Assembly (NCBI GenBank): GCA_963659595.1
Contig: CAVKUX010000001.1
Location: 1 to 41,317 of the forward strand
Direction: 5' to 3'
Length of the DNA: 41,317 bases
Source of the DNA: Anaeroplasmataceae bacterium
GTDB lineage: Bacteria; Bacillota; Clostridia; Christensenellales; CAG-917
Part shown: positions 10,001-22,000 of the stretch, piece after piece
How the letters are laid out: each line of letters opens with the position of its first letter
How positions within the stretch are numbered: position 1 is the first letter of the stretch
The notes under the pieces: generated by a model
Told to the model about the DNA's origin: nothing
The model's database searches: none
What the model saw: only the letters and a program-made list of their open reading frames with translations
Program-made: the position numbers and the translations under genes

Positions 10001-13000
10001 CAAACTCCGCAACACTGCGAGCGTGTATGTGTCCAAAAAGGATAACGTCGGCGGCGAATACGTCGGCGGCATTTTGGGCTACTGCGGCGCAAACGTGCGC
10101 CTTGTGCTTAGAAATGCTCCGCAAACGGGCGATATCGATACAAGTGCGCTCAACGTGTACAGCGGCGGCACGAACGTGTCGTTTATGGGCAGTTATGCAG
10201 GCGGCGTCGCAGGCTTTTGCGACAACCTCGAACACGAATTGCAATACATCGTCGTTCAAGCCAAGTTTATTGACAAAAACGCCACGAGAGTGGGCGGTCT
10301 TATCGGCGAAATGACCAGCGGCGCGATTAACGGTTGCGTGGCCGTGAGCGCAATGGCGGCAGGCGAGAGCATATCCTTTGACACGGACAACTTCCAAGGC
10401 ACCGAATACGTCGGCGGTCTCGTGGGTAAAACCGAAAACGCGACCATAAAGGACAGTATCGCGACGGGATTCAACCTTCAAAGCACGTCTATCACCAAAG
10501 GCGGCGTGCTCGGCGGCGGTACGAACCCGACAATCGAGGCAAGTTGGACGTTCTACATCGCAAACGAGGGCGCGACTTACTCAACAATCAGCGCAAACGA
10601 ATACGGCAAATATATCCTCGTGGACAAGGACACCATAACGTCAAACGGCTCGTCTTATCCGTCGTTTGAAAAACTTTGCGCTTTTGCAGGCATTGCAAAC
10701 ACGTTGCAAAACGGCGTTGTAGGCGTACTCGAATTTGCCCTCAACGTTCCCACGCAAAGACAACTCGCCTTCTACGACGCAAGCGGAAGCGACAGCGAGA
10801 CGACCAACGGCGGTAGCGCAAGCGATTTTGAAAGCAACAACACAAACGGCGTTTTGACAATCAAACTCGATATGGAAACAGGCACAAGCATGCAAGTGTG
10901 CATCATTAAGGTGGAATTTGTCAACGTGCCTAAACACTATGCAAACGATGACGCAAGAATCACCGTTGTCGAAAACTGCTACAAAAAACCGTCCGCCTCA
11001 TCAAGATATTTTGTTGAAGTGCTTGAAGAAACAATATTCGACGTCGGGGACACAAACCAAATCAAACGCATTAAAGCGCGCGTTTATTTCGATTGGAACA
11101 ATGACGGGAAAGCAACGCTTATAGGCGAGAGCGACACCGCAAGTGAAAAAACGGGCGATTACGACCAAGAGTTCAATCCGGGCGACGAAGCATCGCCGTA
11201 CACAATCAGCACTCAAGCGGAATGGAACGACTTTGCGTATAGTATTTATTCGGGTGCCAACGACTATGACGGCAAGTTTGTCAAGTTGCTCACCGATGAT
11301 ATCGTCATTGACAATAGCACGCATTACGGCACGGCAAGCAGCACACAACCACTCAATTTCAACACGACTTGTACGCCCAACAATAACAGCGATGACAGCA
11401 AAAACGCCGCGTCGAATTTGGGCTACAACTTTGCAGGCAACATTACGCAAGGCGGTAGCACTGTTGAAAAAATATACTTTGGCGAAGGCAACACTACGTT
11501 GAGCAGCGTAACGCCGTCTTTCAAAGGTACATTTGACGGCAACGGGCACACAATCATAATTAACTATACAAGCGGCGGTACTCATCGCCTGAGTGTTTTC
11601 CCGAACGCCGCAAACGCAACATTCAAAAACCTGACAATAGACGGCACAATTACGGCAGGCACAAACACAAGCGACTCGGGTTACGACATTGCGGCATTTG
11701 TAGGCAAGCCGTTTGGCGCAATAACTTTTGAAAACTGCACGGCGGCGGTTGACATCCAAGGTTTGCGCATTATTGCAGGCTTTGCAGGATATAGTACAAA
11801 ATCTGCACCGCTCACCTTTACAGGTTGCGTCAATAAGGGTAACATTCACTCGTTTGAGTGGTCATCGTGGGAAAAAAGTGGAACTCAAGATATCGGCAAT
11901 CAGTACGACTATTCTTATGGAACAGGCGGATTTATTGCTTATGCAAGCACAGATATTGTGTTTGAAAGTTGCCTCAACACAGGCAATATTACAGGCGGCT
12001 CAAAGATAGGCGGTCTTGTCGGCAGAGTTACAAATGAAGATAAAGGAAAGACAATTCTCACAATAAACAACTGCGCAAACAAGGGCAGGATTTATTCGGA
12101 AGAGTATAATCCATATAATGAAAATGATACCAAACAAAAATCTGCTAATGTTTGGTCAAAGGCAGGCGGACTTGTCGGCGAAGTAGACTATTACACCGAA
12201 ATGACAATGTGCGCAAGTTACAACACCGGCGAAGTGCGTGCAATAGGTAACATTGCCGGCGGTTTGGTCGGTATTATCGGAACAATTCCAGGCGGTTCAT
12301 CCAACAATAAAGCCGGATATACGGAAACACAATATCAGTCGAAGATTAATTACTGCTACAACACCGGTGCGGTTACAGTCGGCAATGTCGCATGGGGCGG
12401 AATTCCAAGTTGGGGAAGTAGCGGTTACAACTTCAACGGAACAAACGCAGGCGGTATTGTCGGCGTAACAGGGTACGTCAGCATTGCTTATACATACAAT
12501 GCCGGTCATATAACAGGTTATGGTGGTGTTGGGTACTTTCTATCTTGGCAAACAAGAAACGGCGGAATTATCGGCGAACTTACCACGCACAGCAATAGTA
12601 ATGTCGGCAGTGTTGCAAATAAACATAGGGCAGATATAACAAATTGCTACAACGTCGGGATGATTGAACTTAAAGAAAGTAAAAGCAGTGAAGTAAGGTA
12701 TAGCGCAGATATAATCGGTTATATGGGCGATGGGACGGTAAGTAATTTATATACAATCACGAACAGTTATGGCATTGCAAATAACATAATAAATTATACC
12801 GACGGAAAAGGCAACCCGACATATTATTCCGGTGTGAATAGTGCAGGTTCTATCGATAGCACTTCATATGCAAAAGGAATCACACTCAATTCTCTTGCTG
12901 ACTTGACTGCGGTTATGCGTGCGGACGGAACGGTGAAACCGAAAGCGTATTCCGGCACATCCGAGCAAAATTTGTGGACTGCGAGCATTGCAACAATCGG

Positions 13001-16000
13001 TGCGCAAGAGACTGCCGCCTACAAAAACGGCACGCTCGCCGGATACGTTTACGTTTACGGTTGCTTGCCGCAACTTGCAGTTTTTTCCGTTGACACATAC
13101 AACGGCTTGAGCATGAATTCGACAAACTACGGCAAGGACGCAACCTACGGAGAGGAAGGCTCCTACGTGAAGCAAGCCGCAGGCGAAAAATTGAGTCCGT
13201 ACGTCATTCGTGACGGCATAGACCTCATGGGCGTGCAAACGCTTGTCGGTCTCGGCTATTCGTTTGACGGCAAATATATCGAGTTTGCAAACGGCAAAAA
13301 CAACATCACGCTCGACCAGAATTTGAGTTCGGACGTGGCGCAATCCATTGATTTGCCGACATCCAACAGCACAACCGCAAAACTCGACGCCACAAACGGC
13401 ACTGCGTACAAGGCAAAGGGAACATCGGGCGGATATACGCAAACGGGCAAGAGCTATCACTTGTTCGCAAAGAGCGCGGTATGCGCCGACGACAACGGCA
13501 CCACCGCAAACACGGCTTACGGTTATTGGCTCGGGCACAACCACTATTATAACGGAGCATACGGAAACAGAGACGGTGGCTATGTTGCTACTTGTACGTT
13601 CAAGATTCAAAACTTACTCACAATCGGCAGAAACGGCAAGACGTTTGAGGGGAGCATAAGCGGAAAGCAGGACAACGGCACAAACACCACCATCAACAAC
13701 TTGCGTGTGTCCACAGGCATGGCAACAGGCGGCGCATATGCAGGTCTGTTCGGTCACGCCCATGACGCATACATCGGCTACATCGAAATCACAGGCGACA
13801 GCAACATCTGGGCGTATTCTTCGGACGGCTCTCAAATTGCCGCAACGGGCGCAATCGCAGGCTACGCAACGGGGAATACCACAATCGAACACTGCGCCGT
13901 GAGCGGAACGACGGCAATAGGCGCATACGGCAAGACGGACACCACCAACCTTGCAACGGACAACATCACGTTTGCAGGCGGTATTGTGGGTTTGGTAGAT
14001 ACAAAGCAAGGCAGTGCGTATAGCGCAGGCACAACGCTCACAATCAAGGATTGCTCCGTCAATATCGCCACCACGACAGGCGACCGCAGTACATTTGCGG
14101 GCAAGATTGTCGCAACAAAGAATAACATCGGCGGCGTGCTGGGGTATGTAGACGGCGCAAGCGGAGCGAGCGGAAAAGGCAACAGCGTGCGTATTGAAAA
14201 CTGCAATGTGCAACAAGCAACGATTCAAGCCGCAAGCAGCGCAACCACATCAAGCCACATCGGCGGTATTGTCGGATTCGGTTCGCAATACGTTTCGGCA
14301 TTTGTCACAGGCTGCAAGGTCGGCGTGGACGGCAATGTCACGATAAGCGGCGAGCATAGTCTCGGCGGCATTGCGGGCGGTATGTCCAACGCACAGGGCG
14401 GTTATATCGATTCCTGCACGGTGGGCGCAAATGCAAGCATAACTCGTATAGATCAGGGCGGAGACGGCAACGTCGCAGAAAGCGCGGATCACGGCACCGC
14501 AATCGGCGGTCTTGTCGGATTTACGCAAAACTCGACGGACACGGTCAGCCCGCTCACAACAACGTTCAGCGGTACGTCCTCGTTCGGCGGCACTATTACG
14601 GTTGGCGTTGCGGCTACCAACCAATCGGCTGATTCCGACGCGGCTATAAGCCAAATCGGCGGTATCGTGGGCGATATGGGCAGCGGCGCAAACTTCGCTT
14701 CGGGCTCTGTCGTAACAGTCGGCGGCACGATTTCCGTTACGCCCAATGCGGCAAACGTCGGCGGCGTTGCGGGACGTACAAACACTGCTACGTTCATAGG
14801 CAAATTCGACGTACATCCGAATATGAGTACTGCCAATACCGAAAACGTCGGCGGCTTCATCGGCAAGAATATCGGCACGGTGTATATCCTTTCAGACAAC
14901 ACCGACAAACTCGCAGACGGCAAACTCAACGGCACGCAAATTTCAATCGGCGGCACTATCGTCGGCACGAGCGAGGTGGGCGGATTCATAGGCGTGAACA
15001 ACTCGCAAAGCGTCCTCCACATCGGCTCCAACGTCGCAAACGCAAAGCCGTACAAATCTGGCACGCTCAACATCACAATCACCGCAACCGTCACAGGCTC
15101 GGGCGAGAACGTCGGCGGTATCGTCGGCAAAAACGAGGGCGCAAGCGCAAACGGCGCAACCGACTACGCAACAATGGATATCGTCAAGGGCGTTATCACG
15201 CAAAACGGCGCAATCAGCGGCAAAAACTACGTCGGCGGCATCATCGGTCTCAACCAAGGCTTGCTCACAACAGGCGGCGGCGAGGCGGATACGTCAGTGG
15301 GCGGCGCAACCCTCACGACAGAGCAAATAAATTCAATCAAAAACCTTTCAATCACCAACAAAGGCAACGTCAAGGGCGGCGAGACGAATGACGGCACCTA
15401 TGTAAACGGCGACTATGTCGGCGGCGTTGTAGGCTTCCTCGATTCGCCCGACAAGCTCAAAGCCACGGACGAGGGCAAGGGCGCAATCGCGGGTACGTTC
15501 ACAAACGTCGGCACGGTCGAGGGCGGCAGATTCGTCGGCGGCTCGATCGGCTTTGTGGGCAAAAACGTCACTATCACCGCAAAAGATACGGACACGCTGT
15601 TTGACAACGACGGCGCGGTCACGGCGCACGGCTACTTCGCAGGCGGCTCAATCGGCGCGCTCGTCGGCACAATCGAGGGCACCACGCAATATTCGGTCAA
15701 TTTCGAGAACGAGGGCAACGTCAACGCGGCAGGCTTTGTTGGCGGCTCAATCGGCGTGCTTGCAGGTCATGTCAAATACGCGCAATTCGTCAACAAATCG
15801 AACGGCTTGACGGTGAGCGCGGTCAACTCGGTCGGCGGCTCGGTCGGCTATATCGGCATACCCACTCCGCTCGACACCGTGCTCGCAACGCTCGGCATCA
15901 CGCTTGATGACGAGCACATCAAGGTCGTCAACACGCACTTCGAGGCTGCAGGCAATCTCACCGCATCCGCGACATCGGATGTTATAACGGCGGCAAAGAA

Positions 16001-19000
16001 TGCCGCTTCGGACGCTTCCACAGGTTGGGGCGGCGTTGGCGGCGCAATCGGCGTCATCGGCTCGAAAGTCGCAGAGTGGGGTTTGAGCAACACATACTAC
16101 GCAAACGGCAATGTCGTGGCAAGCGGCATCAACAACGTCGGCGGCATCGTCGGACTTGTGCTTGCAAAGGATATCGTCATAAGCAATATGCTCGCCCACA
16201 AGACAACCGTCAAGGGCGGCGACAACGTCGGCGGTATCGTCGGCGCAACAAAGGGCACGGGCACCGTCATCAAGTCGGCATACGCCGTCGAGGGTACGTT
16301 CGAAGGCTCAGGCAACGTCGGCGGCATCATCGGTCTTGCGGCAAGCGACACCGACGCAAAAACTTCCTACTGGGTCAAAGGCTATTCCAACGCAATCCTC
16401 GCAGGTACGGACGTCAAAAACCTGCAAGAAGAACTCGGCAAGTATGAAGCCATCGTCGAAACCGTGGACGGTCAAGAGGTGGTGTTCACCGAAGAATTCT
16501 GCAAGTTGTACACGCCAAAGACCTATTACGCCGACTACACCGGCACGCATAAGTACGGCAACGCAACCGTGACTGCCGTCACCGATGAGAGCGTGACGTG
16601 GGCGCAGTATTTTGAAAATAGTCTCAACATCACGGGTGCGACAATCAACAACGGCGCATGGGTCAAGCCAACAGGCGCAACGACCTACACGACGGGCACG
16701 GCTAAGACAGGCTGGTATTTCGTCTACGCAAACGACAAGATTGCAAATCCGAGCGCAACGACCATTGGCACTATCAGCGCGGAGCATTCTCCCAACGCCA
16801 ACTTGTCCTATTGGAAACGCATTGCCGACGCGTACACCGCAAGCGAGCGCAAAGCGGGCGCAGACAAGTCGACTCTCACCGCTTCGCTTATCGTCTCGGG
16901 CGACGGTCAACCGCAAAAATCCACCCTCTACGCCACCGCGACTTCCGCAGGCGAAAACAGCGGATATTATCTGTATATGGCAACGTCGGGCAACTCTCGT
17001 CCGAGCGCAACGTATTCGGACGGCTTGTTCTTCATCAAGACCCTCACCGCAAACGAAGACGCGCTCGCTGAAAACGTCGCCGTGTACTATCGCACCATTT
17101 CGAGAGGCAAATCTCTCACTTACAACGGCTACGCGCGTTTCGCGCCCGTCGGAATCACCGCTTCGGAAGGCGTTTCCGTACCGTTTATCGCAACTCCGAC
17201 AACGGACACGACAAAGGCGGATTCCTATTGCTATTCCTCCGACACGTCGGCGGACGGCACGAAAACCGAACCAGGCACATTCAAGTCGAACGTCAAGATT
17301 TACTACTTCGACAGCGAAGGCACGCCTCACGTTGTCGGCGGCGTCGCAATCGACTGGGAAATCAAAAAGCGCGACCTCGAAGCAGAGTTGTCCGTTCCTT
17401 CCGGCAAGTTGACATACGGCGATCCCGACATCAACGCAGTTTTGACAATCGCTAATGTCGCGCCGATCGACGGCAACAATCAAGGTGCGTCGGGCAACAC
17501 CCAATTTGAAATATCGGTAAAAGACGAGAACGGCAACGAAATTGCGAAGTTCACTTGGAACGGCACCGGATTTAACGGTCAATCGGCAGACGGCAAAGTT
17601 GTTGTCAACAACGTTACAGTTTCAAACGGCGGCTTCGGAAACGGAGATGACCTCAGCGGCGACGATTTGCAGTTTAATGTCGACAATATCGACGGCCTCG
17701 ATTTGACAACGAGAACGTTCAGTTGCAACATTAACTTCTTGGACGCAAAGACGTACAAAGTCAGCGTTAGTACGCCGAATAAGGAAAGCAAATACAATCC
17801 ATCGCCGATACTCAAAGACCAGACGATAACCGTCAACCCCGCAGAACTTACGTTGACGAGAACTACGAGCGCTTCGCACTACTTTGATAATAGCAGTACG
17901 GGTAAAGGCGCACAGTGGACTGTTTCGGGCTTCAAATTTAGCGACGGCGCATTGCAATTTGCCGCATTCGAACCTGTGTTTGTGATGGAATTGGGCAAAC
18001 AAAACACCACCAAAGAAATCACCGAAACAGCGATGCACGCAAACGGCGAGTTGATAAATACGATCACAATCAACAATGTGATTCAAGTCGCCTATGGCGG
18101 CGCAACCGAAGGACAAGGCGGCAGGACGTTGAGTTTTAATTTGACAGGCGTGTCCAAAGTGGGCGATTACTATATCCAGACCAAGGGCGGAAAGGGATAT
18201 CGCGTCGGCAACTATACGCTGACATTTGACGGCGCAAGCGTGCCGACCTATTCGATAACCGAAAATAAGATTACGATCACCGAAAGCACGAATGAGTCAG
18301 ACGGAACTCATATCTACAACGGCAGTCAAAAGGGAACGATAACGTTGACGTTCACAACAGACGCAGGTAAGAGTATTGAAAATCTCGGTACATTCGTTGA
18401 ACAATTCTTTAAAGTAGCAACAAACGGCGTTACAGAAAAGACAAAGCCGTCCGCATCGTCGAGTAATACAACCGTAACATGGGTGTTCGAAACAGGAATA
18501 AATGCCAAGAAGTACAGCGTAACGCTAAACAAAGGCGATGGCTATGATGAAGCGTCAAAGAACTGTTCTCACACCCAGTCAGTACCGAAAACATACTATT
18601 ACGAGATTACGAAGCGACAGCTCACCGTCGAATTTACGCAAACGGGCAGCTCGCCGTATGTGTACAACACTTATCATCAAGGACTTTCCACCGTCAAGAT
18701 TTCAAATCTGTGCCAAGTCGGCAATGTGTGGGATTCTGTCAATATTACGTTAAACGTCGGCAACAACTCCATTAGCGTTTCGTCAAACGGCAACAATGCG
18801 GTTGATGTAAAAGATAGGGTGAACACAAGAAACGTCGGGACATACACCGCAACAATCAATTCAACGCTTGGCGGAACGAGCAGCGGCAACTATTACATCT
18901 CCAACACAGGCGTAAGCACGAGTTGGACAATCAACCAGTATACACTTCGACTCAGCGGATTGACCGGCGGCGAGAAAACCTATGACGGCACTGCCGTAAC

Positions 19001-22000
19001 GCCAAAACTTATAGTCGACGGCAGTGAAGTTTCAGACGGCAAGATTAGATTTGGTGCGGATACGATAACAATCAAATATTCCGCAACCGTTGGCGGCGTG
19101 TTGCACGACGGCGACATAGTGAATGCAGGAACGTATACGATTAGTATCGGCGGCAACGCAACCGACGCGATTGTCGCAATGCGCGATGGGGAAAACACAA
19201 CGCAAAACTATACGGTTGCAGGCACCGACGAGGCAACTTACACGATAGCACCAAGACAAATCAAACTCTCTTGGGATAGTGCGACGGCGTTTGTGTTCAA
19301 CAACGCGGAGCAAGGCTTGAAGATCACGGGCGTTGAAAGCGTCAGCGAGGGCGGAAACGGACAACTTGCGGTTTCGTCGTCCACTCTAACGGAGGCGAGA
19401 ATCAAAGGCTATGCAGGAAAAGACGTTATCGTAATCACCGTATCGGGTGCAATCACTCACGTTGCGGACGGCAAGAAGTCTATGACGGCATCCATAAGCA
19501 GCGTTACGGGCAAGAATGCCGACAATTCGACGGATTCGATAAAGGGTAACTATGCGATTTCCGTGGGAAGCACAAGCGGCGAGTTCGAGATAACTCCGTC
19601 CGTTGTGTCCATAAGCTTTAATGCACCGAACGCAACTCTCGAAAAAGTGTACGACGGCAATGCTACAGTCCCGACAAGTCAGATTCTCGGCAGTTACTTC
19701 ACGGTGAGCGCAACCGGACACGTTCCGAGCAATCCGTTTACAATCAGCGGAAGATATGACGACAAAAACGTGGTTTACGATTCAAACAACAACGTAACGG
19801 GCGGCAAAGCGGTCACGTTCTCGTATACGTTCACCGACCCGACAGGCGTTGGAGATTATATTGAGGGCAGCGTGGATACGGCGGCATACAACGTCGGCAA
19901 GATTACGCCCGCACACATCAAAGTGACGCTCGACAAACTGCGCTCCAACAAGGCGACGAGGACGTACACCGACGGCACGACCTACGGCGGCAACGGCGTA
20001 AGCGGCAACGGCACGAGCAGCACATATCGCGCAGGCGAAGGATTCAGAGTCAGCGGCGTTTTGTCGGGCGACAGCGTGACAATCAACGCAAATTATGCAG
20101 AAGCGTTGGATTCGCGCAACAGCAGTGCAAACAGCGGATTCGACTTTGCAAAATACGTCAACGACGTATATAAGGACTCGGACGGCACGTTCAAGAAAGC
20201 AACGTCGGGCACATACCTCAAGAAACTCGTGTTCGAGATGACGGGCACGTCGGCAGGCAACTATACCTTCAACGTGTACCATTCGAGCGACGGCGCATAC
20301 GGCAATTCGGACGGAAACCATGTGACGAAAGTCACCGTGTACGACAGCAGAGAAACCGACCAAAGCCGCAAAAATGCGAGCGGTTCGCCGAGCATCCAAA
20401 TCGAAATAACCGTCAAATCCGTCAAGGTGGAATACTCCAACACCGCTCAAAGTTACGCCAACGACGACAATACCTACAACACCGACTGGAAGCGTGTTAC
20501 AGGCACCAACAAGGAAACGGACAAAGCAGGCGCGGACATCATCGTCACAAACGGCTGGATGTATTCGGACGGCATAGACCGCGATGCGGATTCCACCGAC
20601 CAAAAGAGAGAATATCACGGCTATACGACCATTCAGGGCAGATCGGGCAATTCGCGGCTCGGCGCGTCGGTGACCACAAAAGACGGTATGAATCTCAACT
20701 ATCGCCTCAGCAATCAGCCCACGCTCACCATTGCGTACTTCGTGGCGGAGGGCGACGAGTACAAGATAAGTTCGCTTGCGCAATTGCTCATTGCGTCCTT
20801 CTACTACACGGCGCATCAGAATCCGCAAAACCTCGATATGATCAAGATCGTATCCTCGGGCTACGAGTGGGTTACGGTCGTAAAAGTGGATGAAAGCGGC
20901 GCATACATCGGCGATTATGAGAAGCCGAGCAATTCGCCGATTACAAACTCCAACGCAAACACGTGGGACGAGTACCTTGCCGAATTGCAAGCGGCGGATT
21001 ATGCGGTGTTCCTCGACACCGAAAAGAAAGAGTGGGGCTACTATCAATCCACGCAATCCACCACAACCGCAATCCCGACCAAGTTTGTGCAAATCAAGGA
21101 CATCACGGGTACGTTTACGACGGACGATATCGAAATTCTCAATGCGTTCTTCACAACATCGTCCGTGGGCGAGGACGGCACCGTCACCACTACGACATAC
21201 AACTGGAACGGATCGAGCAAGCAATTCCTCACCAACGTACTCAAGGCGAGAGCGGGCGCAAACGTGACGATAAACGGCAGTCTGTTCGAGTCAACGGCAA
21301 AAGCAGACGGAAGCAACGAGTTGACAGGCTTTGACGGCTCTTACGACGGCAACGGCTACGTCATCGAATATCTCAACATAATGGGCTACGGCAAGACGAA
21401 CGTCGGTTTGTTCGATATCATAGGCGCAAGCGGTATCGTCAAGAACGTGCATTTGAGAAACGTCACAATCAACGCGAGCGGCGGCAATGTCGGCGGCATA
21501 GCGGGCAGTGTGCTTGCCGCGGCAGAGGCTGCAAGCGAAACGAGCATTAAGAACGTGTCCGCACACGGCGCAATCAACGTGAGCGGCGGCACGGTTGGCG
21601 GTCTGTTCGGAACGAGTGCGAGAGATATCGAAAACGCAATCGTTCTCGGCACGATAATCTCTCAAAACGCAACCGTCGGCGGCGTTGTCGGCACGACGAG
21701 CGCAAGCGTAAAGAACGTCGTTTCCCTCGTGCAAATCACCGCAAACGGCGGCACGGTCAATCCGATCACGACTTCGAGCGCAACGATTGAAAATTCCTAC
21801 CATATGACAAACGCCGTGTGGCAAAAAGGAAGCATATTCGTCAACGTTTCGGGCAACTCAAAGACCTTCAACGAGTTGATGTCGGGTTCGGTTTCGGGTT
21901 ACGGCAATGAAAACAAGTATTATTACGCAGGCGAGAGCGCACCGACAAAAGGTACGTTCGACGTTCTCGACGACGTACAACTTACCGCACTGTCGGCAAT

